Positions 9,360-19,300 of a stretch of DNA of 45,623 bases are shown here, one piece after another. Position 1 is the stretch's first letter; every line of letters begins with the position of its first letter. A program made the translations under genes and the position numbers. Below the pieces are notes generated by a model. The model saw only the letters and a program-made list of their open reading frames with translations. It was not told the DNA's origin and did no database searches. Source of the DNA: Candidatus Sysuiplasma jiujiangense (GTDB taxonomy: Archaea; Thermoplasmatota; Thermoplasmata; Sysuiplasmatales; Sysuiplasmataceae); NCBI GenBank assembly GCA_019721075.1, contig JAHEAD010000016.1:1-45623 (forward strand). Reading direction: 5' to 3'.

Positions 9360-11066
9360 ATGAAAGGAGCAAAAGTTCTAGTAAACACAATGTCGGAACA
9401 CGGCGTTAAGACGATATTCGGCATACCGGGAGGTGCAAACCTTCCCATCTACGATGAGCTGATGGGCAGCACGATCAGGAGCATACTCACGAGACATGAG
9501 GGAGGTGCAGCGCATATGGCAGACGGCTATGCAAGGATAAGCGGCAAACCAGGAGTCTGTCTCGGTACATCCGGTCCGGGCGCCACGAACATGATAACAG
9601 GCGTAGCAACGGCGTTTCTCGACTCCTCACCGATGGTCTGCCTTACGGGTCAGGTTTCGACGAGAATGATGGGCAACGATGCGTTCCAGGAATCTGACAC
9701 ATTCGACATGATGATACCGGTTACAAAGAGCAACTTCAAGATACGCAGGCCGGAGGATATACCCTACATGATCAGCAGGGCATTCGAGGTCGCTGTAAAC
9801 GGAAGATTCGGACCAGTGGCCGTTGACCTTCCGACAGACACCGTTGCCAATGAAATGGCCGGCGACCCCTATATGGCCCCTGTCTCTTTCCCGGCAAAGT
9901 CGGATCTGGCCAACCTGGGGACTGCGGTTGCCATGCTCAACGGAGCCGAAAGGCCCGCGATACTTGTCGGCGGCGGTGCCAAATGGTCAGGGTGCGGCAA
10001 ATCCATAAGCATGCTTGCCGAACTCATCGGTGCCCCGGTCATAACAACGGTAATGGGAAAGGGAGCGGTAGATGAGAGTCACCCCCTCTCGATGGGTACA
10101 GCCGGAATGCACGGAAGGCGATCGTCCGCTGCTGTTCTTGAAGAAGCTGACGTTGTTCTCGCAATAGCCACCAGATTCAGCGACAGGACAACTGGCAGAA
10201 GTTCGGAGTTTCTTCCGAAGGCAGGAATAATCCATGTTGACATCGACACTGCCGAAATCGGGAAGAACGTGACAAACATCGTTGGACTGGCAGGCAACTG
10301 CGACGAAATAGTGGAGATACTGATAAGGACTGTAGACAGAAGGGCAGCATCGAGAGCACTGTGGATCAGGAGGGTTGCGGCAATGAAGTCGTTCTGCCAG
10401 TGCGACTTCAATTACGGTGACACACCTCTCAAGCCGCAGAAAATACTGCATGAGCTGAACAGACTCCTTCCCGAAGATGCCATACTCACCACGGACGTGG
10501 GCCAGCACCAGATGTTTGCGGCACACTTTTTCGAGGCAAGGAACGGCAGAAGGTTCGTCACTTCCGGCGGCCTCGGCACCATGGGGTTTGGTCTGCCGGC
10601 CGCCATCGGCGCAAAGGCGGCGGAGCCCGAAACAAAGACTGTCTGCCTGACCGGTGACGGCGGTTTCCAGATGACCTTCGGAGAATTTTCAACTGCGGTG
10701 GAAAATAACCTGCCTGTATTCGTCATCATCATGAACAACAACAGCCTCGGGATGATAAGGCAGTTCCAGAAACAGTTCTACAGCAATCATATTTTCTGCG
10801 CAGACTACAGGATAAGCCCGGATTTTGTGAAATTTGCAGAGGCGATGGGCGGAGAGGGAGTCGTTGTGGAGAGACCGGGCGAAGTCCGGGAAGCCATAAT
10901 GCGCGGACTTGACAGCGACATACCGTTCGTTGCAGACATGAGGATAGACATCAACGAGGACTGCCTGCCGATGACCCCTCCATGGGCAGGCAAGGGAGGA
11001 ACGATTTACGGAAGATGTAAATGGAAGGATATAAATGACGGCGAAATTGAAAATTTCGGCAGATGA
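9360..11066 (+). CDS. ilvB: Acetolactate synthase large subunit
   Basis: MKGAKVLV start at ATG 9360; FGIPGG, RHE, TSGPGATN, DAFQE, GMHG, DVGQHQM, SGGLGTMGFGLPAAIGA, GDG..NN TPP motif. Confidence 0.95.
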   Translation: MKGAKVLVNTMSEHGVKTIFGIPGGANLPIYDELMGSTIRSILTRHEGGAAHMADGYARISGKPGVCLGTSGPGATNMITGVATAFLDSSPMVCLTGQVSTRMMGNDAFQESDTFDMMIPVTKSNFKIRRPEDIPYMISRAFEVAVNGRFGPVAVDLPTDTVANEMAGDPYMAPVSFPAKSDLANLGTAVAMLNGAERPAILVGGGAKWSGCGKSISMLAELIGAPVITTVMGKGAVDESHPLSMGTAGMHGRRSSAAVLEEADVVLAIATRFSDRTTGRSSEFLPKAGIIHVDIDTAEIGKNVTNIVGLAGNCDEIVEILIRTVDRRAASRALWIRRVAAMKSFCQCDFNYGDTPLKPQKILHELNRLLPEDAILTTDVGQHQMFAAHFFEARNGRRFVTSGGLGTMGFGLPAAIGAKAAEPETKTVCLTGDGGFQMTFGEFSTAVENNLPVFVIIMNNNSLGMIRQFQKQFYSNHIFCADYRISPDFVKFAEAMGGEGVVVERPGEVREAIMRGLDSDIPFVADMRIDINEDCLPMTPPWAGKGGTIYGRCKWKDINDGEIENFGR

Positions 11067-11331
11067 TCGGGACGGAGTGCTTCAGCGGATCATAATCGAG
11101 TTCAGCAGAAGGAATATAACCATCGACAGGCTGACTTTCGTACGGCACAGTGACATGGATACCATTGAAGTGCATACGGGAAGGGAGACGGACGCCGCAC
11201 GGATAGCAAAGTCTGTGGGCAGAATAGACGGTGTAAGAGATATCAGGCTGACTGCTGACGGCGGTGACCGGCAGGATGAATACTCCGGCGGAAAGGAAAG
11301 GAAGTTAAATCCGCAGGAAATGCTCGGGTGA
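11035..11331 (+). CDS. ilvN: Acetolactate synthase small (ACT) regulatory subunit
   Basis: DRDGVLQRI...FSRRNITI ACT motif; lies between ilvB and ilvC. Confidence 0.85.
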   Translation: MTAKLKISADDRDGVLQRIIIEFSRRNITIDRLTFVRHSDMDTIEVHTGRETDAARIAKSVGRIDGVRDIRLTADGGDRQDEYSGGKERKLNPQEMLG

Positions 11332-11336
11332 ATAAT

Positions 11337-12335
11337 ATGGTCAATGCTTTCTATGACAGGGACGCAGACCTGGGTCTGCTCAATGGAAAGAAGGTTGCGG
11401 TTATCGGCTACGGCATCCAGGGAAGGGCACAGGCGCTGAACCTGAGGGACTCAGGTGTTGAAGTGGTCGTGGGACTGAAGAAAAACGGCGAGAGCTGGAA
11501 AACAGCCGAAAAAGACGGTTTCAGACCGCTTGAGGTGCGTGAGGCGGTGAAACGGGCCGACATAATAATGCTGCTGATACCGGACGAAGTGCAGGCCGAT
11601 GTCTACATGAACGACATTGCCATGAATCTGAGCAGGGGAAAGGTACTGGAATTCGCACACGGTTTCAGCATACATTTCCACAGAATTGAACCGCCGGGAG
11701 GCGTAGATGTCATCATGGTTGCGCCCAAAGGCCCAGGAGCGATGGTGAGAAACACATTCCTTGAGGGTTTTGGCACACCATCGCTGGTCGCGGTGGAAAG
11801 GGACTTTTCCGGAAATGCTCTGGGCATTGCGCTTGCGATTGCGAAGGGGATAGGGGCCACGAGAGCCGGCGTCATAAAGACAACTTTCAGGGAGGAAACA
11901 GAGACGGACAACTTCGGTGAACAGGTTGTTCTCTGCGGAGGTGTCGCAGAGCTAATCGGAAAGGCATTCAAGCTGCTTGTTTCTGAAGGGTATCAGCCGG
12001 AAGTGGCTTATTTCGAGGTGCTGCATGAGCTGAAACTCATTGTTGATCTCATTCAGAAAGGGGGCATCGAAAACATGTGGGACAACGTGAGCAATACTGC
12101 CGAATACGGCGGCAGGACGAGAGGCCCGAAGGTAATAGACGAGCACTCAGTGCAGAGCATGAAGGAAATTCTCAACGACATAAGAAACGGATCATTCGCA
12201 GAGGAATGGATGAAGGAGTACTACAGCGAGATGCCGACCCTCAGAAAGCTGAGGGAGGATGCAAAAAAGGAGCAGATAGAGAGCGTCGGCAGCGAGTTGA
12301 GAAGCCTGTTCGTGAAGAAGGAACAGCAGGGCTGA
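11337..12335 (+). CDS. ilvC: Ketol-acid reductoisomerase
   Basis: VIGYGIQG.AQALNLRDSG, FAHGF, MVAPKGPG, ETETDNFGEQ, HELKLIVDL, SNTAEYG; alternative GTG start at 11328. Confidence 0.96.
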   Translation: MVNAFYDRDADLGLLNGKKVAVIGYGIQGRAQALNLRDSGVEVVVGLKKNGESWKTAEKDGFRPLEVREAVKRADIIMLLIPDEVQADVYMNDIAMNLSRGKVLEFAHGFSIHFHRIEPPGGVDVIMVAPKGPGAMVRNTFLEGFGTPSLVAVERDFSGNALGIALAIAKGIGATRAGVIKTTFREETETDNFGEQVVLCGGVAELIGKAFKLLVSEGYQPEVAYFEVLHELKLIVDLIQKGGIENMWDNVSNTAEYGGRTRGPKVIDEHSVQSMKEILNDIRNGSFAEEWMKEYYSEMPTLRKLREDAKKEQIESVGSELRSLFVKKEQQG

Positions 12336-12425
12336 AGGCTGTCCGGGACCCGTTCTGTTTGAACCCGGCCGGACAGCGGCATACCGGAATAAGGCAGGAG
12401 GGAACGCCGAACGTCGAATGGAAGG

Positions 12426-13178
12426 TTGAAGGAGCGGAGGGTTCTCGTCACAGGCGGAAGCGGAACAATCGGGAAGGCAATCGTAAGGGCGCTTGCTGCG
12501 GAAGGAGCTTTTGTTGCAATGGCTTCACGGGCGGGACAGAGGCTCAGAGATGCAAACCAGGAACTCAGGAAGGAGGGACTGGATGTCTTTGCCGTTGTTC
12601 TCGATGTCGAGTCTGCGGAGTCGGTGGGGGAGACGGTACACCTGCTGGACTCACACTGGGGAGGCATCGATGCAATGTTCAACTGCGCAGGGATGGGAAT
12701 GACGGAGTTCAATCCCCGGATTTCCAAAAATGCGCTGCCGTTCTATGCGTACGGGCCGGAAACACTCAGAAAGGCAATGGACGTGAATTACTTCGGCTAT
12801 CTGTCTCTGATGCGGGCGTTCATCCCCTTCTTCCTGGAGCAGCGCAGCGGTATGATTGTGAACGTCAGCATGGACGCTGAAATACTGGCGGTGAGGGGTT
12901 TCGGCCCGGTCTCTCCGACGAGGGCTGCGACGAACACGCTTACTGATATCGCGTCGATGGAACTGCAGGGCACCGGCGTGTCTGTAAATCTTCTCACGCC
13001 CGGCGGATTTATCAGGGGAGGAATGATCCCCTCGGACGCGCAGGAGGAGGATTTCGGGAAGTTTCTGCCCCCGGAGATAATGGCTGAGCCGGCGATATTC
13101 CTTGCGTCCGCCGAAGCCGCGGGACTCAGCGGCGCACACATAGTCGCTTCACGGTTCAAACGCGACGATTACGACTGA
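12426..13178 (+). CDS. Short-chain dehydrogenase/reductase with non-canonical active site
   Basis: VLVTGGSGTIG, NCAG, IVNVS, VSVNLLTPG; YxxxK position reads VSPTR. Confidence 0.85.
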   Translation: MKERRVLVTGGSGTIGKAIVRALAAEGAFVAMASRAGQRLRDANQELRKEGLDVFAVVLDVESAESVGETVHLLDSHWGGIDAMFNCAGMGMTEFNPRISKNALPFYAYGPETLRKAMDVNYFGYLSLMRAFIPFFLEQRSGMIVNVSMDAEILAVRGFGPVSPTRAATNTLTDIASMELQGTGVSVNLLTPGGFIRGGMIPSDAQEEDFGKFLPPEIMAEPAIFLASAEAAGLSGAHIVASRFKRDDYD

Positions 13179-13303
13179 ATGCCGGCGATACCGCATTACT
13201 GAAAAAAGGGTCTTCCTGTCTTTCCGGTTCGGCGGCAATGAAAGCATTTATACCAGAGCAATTGTCTGAATACCATCGGATTGCAAAGGGAACCGGTGAA
13301 ATA

Positions 13304-13456
13304 ATGTCGGATAAAAAGGCTGTCACACTCTACAAATGCTGGTTCTGCGGAAGGGAGTACAGGACCGAGGAGGAAGCGGACAGATGCCACAACGCAGGCT
13401 ACTATCCCATTTTCAGGGACGGAACAAAGAGGAAGAGATCACCCTTCGGTAACTGA
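13304..13456 (+). CDS. Small zinc-finger protein (50 aa)
   Basis: YKCWFCGREYRTEEEADRCH (CxxC-x12-CH); GGTGA SD before ATG 13304. Confidence 0.7.
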   Translation: MSDKKAVTLYKCWFCGREYRTEEEADRCHNAGYYPIFRDGTKRKRSPFGN

Positions 13457-13457
13457 T

Positions 13458-13925
13458 TCACCTCCTGCAGTATACGGAAAATTCGCAATTTCTGCACTTC
13501 CCGAGATCTTCAGTCATTTCGAACGGGCCCGCCCGCATTCTTGCCATAATTTCCATGAGGTATGTTTTTGCTTCCGGATTCCACCGAACGAAAAATTCAC
13601 CGTCGGGGTACACAAGCCTCCCTCCGTCCGTATTCCCCAGATTCTCCTCCACAAGCAGGCAGTATGCGAGGAGCTGGGCCACATCCCATTCACGGGCTGC
13701 GCCGCCGCTCCTGTAGCTCTTATACTCAATAGGCGCATATCTCAGTCCTTTCTTCAGAATCAGGTCAGGCTTGCCGCTAAGGCCGTACCGTCTGGAGACC
13801 AGGACAATCCCCTGCCGGCTCATATCCGATGATTTTATCCGCTCTGTTTTCAGAAATATGAAGAGAGCTGAAGCAAGGAATCCGGCAGCTACAGCCGCCA
13901 CCAGCAGAATCTTCAGAGAAACCAG
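13458..13925 (-). CDS. Cas4-like PD-(D/E)XK nuclease, C-terminal part, with N-terminal TM helix
   Basis: YGLSGKPDLI, PIEYKS, QLLAY, C-terminal CRNCEFSVYC; start either CTG 13925 (GGTGG SD) or GTG 13901. Confidence 0.85.
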   Translation of the reverse strand: MVSLKILLVAAVAAGFLASALFIFLKTERIKSSDMSRQGIVLVSRRYGLSGKPDLILKKGLRYAPIEYKSYRSGGAAREWDVAQLLAYCLLVEENLGNTDGGRLVYPDGEFFVRWNPEAKTYLMEIMARMRAGPFEMTEDLGKCRNCEFSVYCRR

Positions 13926-14167
13926 ATTATCGCCACCATAACAGCGGCAATCAGGCCCAGAATGATTAGAACACGTCCCCCGGAATACTGCCGCCTGACG
14001 CTGAATTCCGTTTCGCTGTGGTAGGTGAGGCCAGCGTCTTTCCTGAGGCTGACGTATTCTGGTTCCGTGTAATCCGGCGGGGGCGAAACCGTATAGTAAT
14101 ATTTCATCTCGCAGTATACATAGGTGGCTATAGCAGAAGCGGTCAGCCGACCGCTGTGTCCTTGCAT
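13913..14167 (-). CDS. Cas4-like N-terminal module with C-terminal TM helix
   Basis: LTASAIATYVYCEMKYYY and G..YH match the Cas4 N-terminal Cys motif and motif I; hydrophobic tail VLIILGLIAAVMVAIIWFL. Confidence 0.75.
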   Translation of the reverse strand: MQGHSGRLTASAIATYVYCEMKYYYTVSPPPDYTEPEYVSLRKDAGLTYHSETEFSVRRQYSGGRVLIILGLIAAVMVAIIWFL

Positions 14168-14280
14168 CCCGTCATCCCATCATCAGTTTCCGGATTCGCT
14201 CGCAGTGCTCATTACAGTTCCGGTGACAGAATTTCAGCAGGAATTGATATTTAAACGATTCAGGAGGATGACCGCAACGG

Positions 14281-15363
14281 TCAGGAGGTTCCTCCTTTCC
14301 TGGTTCTTTCTTTGAACACTATCCCCTTCCTGCTCAGCAGGAACAGCACTTTCCTGAATGTTCCATCATCGAATCCGGCGTATTCCGGAGGAAAAACGCC
14401 TGAACCGATGATATCCCCATCCATTATCAGACGGACGAACGCTGCAGCCGAATATCCGGTCATTCTTGCCATGGATGTGATGCCTGATGCGCGATCGTAG
14501 CTGTCGACCGAAACGAATTCCACCGAACGCCCGGCTTTCCTGCCGCGGATCATCGTGAGGCACCTGTCCGCCGAACCGCTGCCGATGGCCGAAAACAGTT
14601 TTTCCGAAATGCTTCTCGGAGTACAGCCTCCAATTTTCCTGTCGGAAAGAAATCCGAGTTCGCGAATAGCCTTCATCAAAGCAAGGTGGCCGGGATATCT
14701 GAGAGTAATTTCCAGCATGTTCCTCACCCTGACGGTGCTAAGCAGTGTCCTGAGTCCGTCAGAATAGAATCCTTCAAACCTTCCCGCTCCGGGAAAATCA
14801 ACTGTCCTGAACTCACCGAGCGGATCAACAGAAACCTGCCTGCCGTTCCTGACGATCCTGGCTGGCCTCAGATACTCGTCTATCCACCCCTCGACATTGA
14901 ATGTGACAGTGTGATGCAGCGGTGATGTGTCTCTCTCTGCAAGACCTGCGACATAGATCTCAATTGTGTCCGGCTTCATTGTACTGAACAGGTGCCCGGC
15001 AAACACATTGGACAGACCTGGAGCATAGCCGGCATCGGGAACATATAACGCACCGCCGTCTGCTGCTGATTTGTCGAGGAGCATGGGATCCTCCGGCATA
15101 AAGCCCGTGTCAACTACACTCCTGCCCCTCCTGAGCAGTTTCCGCACCACATTAAAGGAAATGCTGCCCGGAAGGGAGGTGACGATCACTTCGGCTTTTC
15201 TTATCAAATCAGGCCGATCAAATATGTCTCCGTGAAATTTGGTAACGCCCTTCAGCCCTTTCATGGATGAAAGTGAAATATCGCTGACCGTGACCTCTGT
15301 GTCTGCGGAAAGATCTGCGGCAATGGCCCTTCCCACCGTCCCAGCTCCGATTACCAGTATCAT
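14281..15363 (-). CDS. Saccharopine dehydrogenase / lysine 6-dehydrogenase family oxidoreductase
   Basis: MILVIGAGTVG, DAGYAPGLSN, TFNVEGWIDEY, SDGLRTL, TLRYPGH, SMARMTG, GVFPPE. Confidence 0.88.
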   Translation of the reverse strand: MILVIGAGTVGRAIAADLSADTEVTVSDISLSSMKGLKGVTKFHGDIFDRPDLIRKAEVIVTSLPGSISFNVVRKLLRRGRSVVDTGFMPEDPMLLDKSAADGGALYVPDAGYAPGLSNVFAGHLFSTMKPDTIEIYVAGLAERDTSPLHHTVTFNVEGWIDEYLRPARIVRNGRQVSVDPLGEFRTVDFPGAGRFEGFYSDGLRTLLSTVRVRNMLEITLRYPGHLALMKAIRELGFLSDRKIGGCTPRSISEKLFSAIGSGSADRCLTMIRGRKAGRSVEFVSVDSYDRASGITSMARMTGYSAAAFVRLIMDGDIIGSGVFPPEYAGFDDGTFRKVLFLLSRKGIVFKERTRKGGTS

Positions 15364-15446
15364 CGCTGCCCGAACCGCGAAGAAGGATAACAAACTTTCC
15401 CGAAGAGATTGCAGCCATCTCGGGGAGGGTGGTGCCCCCTATCATG

Positions 15447-16025
15447 TCATTTCTGCCGGCCACTCTTCACATATATTACGAGGTTTGAGGAAGTATAAGG
15501 GTTTTTTATCCTCCGCAGCCCCATGCGCCTTACAAGCGTAGACCAGATGTATGCTGTTACCTCCAGTCCTGACTGCCTGGAGAGGTATTTCTTATCCCTC
15601 TGCGTCATCAGATAACCGAAACGCTCCAGCCTTTTGCAGGCAATCGTATGCAGTCTCTGCCAATCATCTGCGCCGAGCAGAGTTCCTGCGGGAGGGCTGA
15701 AACCGTCATCTGTGAACGCCCGGATCCTTTTACCGTGCGCAGGAGTTCCGGTGCCGTATGTTCCGTAAGCTGCCGATTCGGCAGGCTGAACAGATTCAAT
15801 GGAAAGAAGAACCTCCCTGCAGAATGTGTTTACCTCCCGTGCAAAGTCAATCACGGGGGAAGCGTTACCTTCAGTTCCCCTCAGGTAGACGGAATATAGC
15901 AAATCCGCCTCCCTTTCCATTTCGTTCTCATAGTAGCTGTCCGCCGATTCGGCAGCCCTCGGTACATCTGGCTGCAGCTCCGCAGCAATGCAGTGTCCCT
16001 GGTCTGCAACCATAGCGTCTGACAT
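15447..16025 (-). CDS. Hypothetical protein
   Basis: 192-aa ORF with GGTG SD and an AT-rich TATA-like element upstream; acidic N-terminus, basic C-terminus. Confidence 0.65.
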   Translation of the reverse strand: MSDAMVADQGHCIAAELQPDVPRAAESADSYYENEMEREADLLYSVYLRGTEGNASPVIDFAREVNTFCREVLLSIESVQPAESAAYGTYGTGTPAHGKRIRAFTDDGFSPPAGTLLGADDWQRLHTIACKRLERFGYLMTQRDKKYLSRQSGLEVTAYIWSTLVRRMGLRRIKNPYTSSNLVIYVKSGRQK

Positions 16026-16371
16026 TAGTCAGACAACACCTTCTGATTATTTATAACATATGCATTCACGCCTGTTCGGCCGAAAATCGGGCCGGATGCA
16101 TTCCTCTCAATGCGAGTCGCAGGACACAGCAGGGAGGAACGGCGGATGTGTGCTCCCGCTCCAAAACGCCTGTGCCGATTCAATAATTGGAAGAGATGTT
16201 TTACATATCGCCGCCGTTATCAGACGCCAGTTAGCGGGTATACGGGCATTGGAGGCCCGCATGTATGAATATCAAATTCGACAACTGGACAATTTTTGTT
16301 TAAATATAGTTCCAGCCTCTCCATCATCTGCGTCCAGCATACTTCCAGCAAGTCTGGTTCCGAGTGAATAA

Positions 16372-19300
16372 ATGTCAGAAGAGGATGCCGTCACCGGCAA
16401 GTTAGTCGACAAACCCAGGTCTCCCTCAGGAAACAAAAGCAGGAAGCCTGCAGAAAACAGCGCACTTGAAGATATAATTTCCAGCGCCGTAGACACGCTG
16501 TCTGAATCCGGGAGCTGGAAATCAATGCTTTCCTCCTTCAGCAGGAACCTGGCAAGAAGCAGAACAGAAATGTTTGCCGTCTTCGTTGTAATAGGCCGCG
16601 ACCTGAAATTCAAATGGACAACATACAACGAAATACTCGGGAATCCTGAAGAGCTCAGCTACGAGGATCTGCTGCCGCTGAACGCAGATTTCGGGGAAGC
16701 GGCAAAGACGATAAGCGTACCGGGCAACAACATAAAGCTCCTCAGTGAGATTTCCGCGATTACAAACATAGACGACTTCACACTTTACAGAGGCGGCGAG
16801 CACCGCAGCCCCTCGCTTTACATGTATGTGGGCTCAAGGAGGAAGCTTGACGGCACTGAGAATTTAGCCCTTTCCATGACAGCAAAGGCATTCGACTCGA
16901 TAGTGACAAGGGAATTCAGATCTTCGGAACACCTGTACAGGTCATCCAGGCTTGCTGCGGCAATCGAAATAATGATTCAACTTCAGGAAGGTGAAATAAC
17001 AGGCAGCACGCTCAACAAAGTCTCTGACATATTGCAGAAGAGGCTGCCCGTCGATTTCGCTGCAATAATGATTGAGGATGAAGACAGCCACAACATTGAG
17101 ATGACAGGAATAAGCGAGGCTTTAACCTCCCTGTACGACACGCCACAGAGCCTGAAGACAAACAATCTCCCGGCTCTCGTCGGATCAAGTAAAGATTCTG
17201 TGATACTGACGGAATTTGAAGGTGCAAACTACAGGCCGCTTGGTATTGGAAGCAGATGGGCCTGTGTGATCCCCCTTGCCATCAGTTCCAGAAGAGGGGG
17301 ATTCCTCATACTTGAAAGCAGGACGGCGGCACCGTTCGACGAATCTGAACTGGATGACATAGAAGTCGTTTCCAGGGCAGTTGCGGACAGAATTTCATCA
17401 AAGCTCATGGTTGCCGGGAAGGACAGAAAAATTGGCGTCAGAAACATGCTTCTTGAAGAGCTGCTCCTGCTACAGCGGGAAAATGATCCTTCGAAAATTG
17501 CCGATGATGCCCTCACATTCATTGATTCCGTAATCCGCTCCAACATATCCGTCTTTTACGTTCTGAATGAAAGCAGATCCATGCTTATACCGATTCAGTC
17601 GCATGGCATATTTGCCGAAGAGATGCTCTCATTCTCCGTCAGAATCGGGGAGGGAATTGTCGGCAGGGCGATGACAAGGGACAAACCTGAACTCGTTCAT
17701 GAGGCACATACCGATGCGAGATCCGTAAATATCCCGGGAACGCCCAACGAGCCGGAATCGATCCTTACAATACCCATCAGAAGCATCAGGGAGGACATAG
17801 GCGTAATAGCACTTCACCGCATAGGCCGAAAGTCTTTTTCAGGCGAGGAAATCGAGCTGGCGGAAATCACTGCGCGGCATTTTTCCACAGTGATGGAGAG
17901 GGCATACTCGACAGCAGAGCTGAAGAAGAGGATAGCGGAAAGGGAAATGGAGAATCATCTCAGGGCACAGGTTGCCGAGTGCACTTCGTTATGCGCCGAG
18001 ATTGATGATGCCGAGCAGATCTGCCCAATTATGCTTCAAAAGGCAATGGAATTCTGTAACAGCGACAACGGTCTCCTGTTCGTCAGGAAAAAAGGGGAAG
18101 GGACACTGGCAAAACTTGCGGGAAAGGGCATAACAGGCGATACTGCGCTGCCGGAACTGAACGCGGGTGAATTCGATTCACTTTTGAAAAATGCGGTTCG
18201 CCTTTCCTCCGGCGCATTGACTGTGGAGAACATGGGCGACATTTCCACACTTACCGAATTTGTATGCCCGGGGACCCGGGAAAAGGCCGTTTCACGTCTC
18301 TTCGAACGCGCCCTCATCAGTGAGTCGCGGGAATTTGGCGGCTCATCGGCAGTATTCATATGTTTTGACTACAGATCGAATATAAGGACGGAAAATTTCA
18401 GAAACGCCGTAATGCAGGAACTGCTTAATTTTCTCTCTGTTCAGCTGGTTAAACTGAACTCAAGGAGGAGCGGCATCGTAGAACTTGAACAGTTGAAAAA
18501 GATATCCGGATTCAAGGACATTGCAAATGACGAGGCAGACATAAATTCGCTGCATAAGAAGACAACCGAGTATCTGGAAAGCGCTCTCAACGCCGTGTTT
18601 GTCGCGGCATACAGAATCGACTACGAAGGGGAACGCCTTGTTCTGCTGCACTCATCCTCGCATTCATATTTCCCTCCGAAGGAGCTGCTGTTAAAGTTCG
18701 TGGCAGGTTTCCTGGAAAAGCTCAATCGCTCATCGACGGTTGCGACAATAGATCTGAAGGACGACGCAGACAGCTATCCTGAGCTGTTCAGGAACAGGAT
18801 GGCCATCTCCAGGCTCAATTCCACGGAAGGCGCCGACATACTTTTCCTGGCAGGTTTCAGCGATTACCGGGCGATGGCAGAGCAGCTTACCGTCTTTTCG
18901 GAATCTGTCAGATATCTTGAAAACAGAATAAGACAGCTGGAGGCCTCCTTCAGGGAAAGGCAGAGGTCAGGCATACTGAATCTCATCGGCGAGATAGGAC
19001 GAAAGATTTCGTCCGAAAGGGATTTCAGGAGGATGCTCGATGCTCTTGCCTCGGCCGCAGGCCACATCATAGGCGCCGAATATGCGCTCACGGGAGTGGT
19101 TTCCGGCTCATTCGTCGAATGGAACGGTTATTTCGAAACAATGATTCCGGAATCGATAGACAAGCTTGCACTGAAGTCCGCAGAACGCGGGGAAGCCATA
19201 GTAGTCAACAACTTTGAAAAGTCGCAGATTGAACTGGACAGCACCTCGGCGGAGACAGTCAAGGACATGGTAATCTATCCTGTCTTCAGAAGAAGCGAAA

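Noticed and set aside
12077..12880. 267-aa alternative-frame ORF over ilvC and the SDR
   Set aside because: Shadow ORF with Arg/Gly-rich composition lying on two well-supported genes; the other nested and antisense ORFs in the track were rejected for the same reason
13200..14300. CRISPR-Cas locus around the Cas4-like genes
   Set aside because: No repeat-spacer array and no cas1, cas2 or effector genes are visible anywhere in the window
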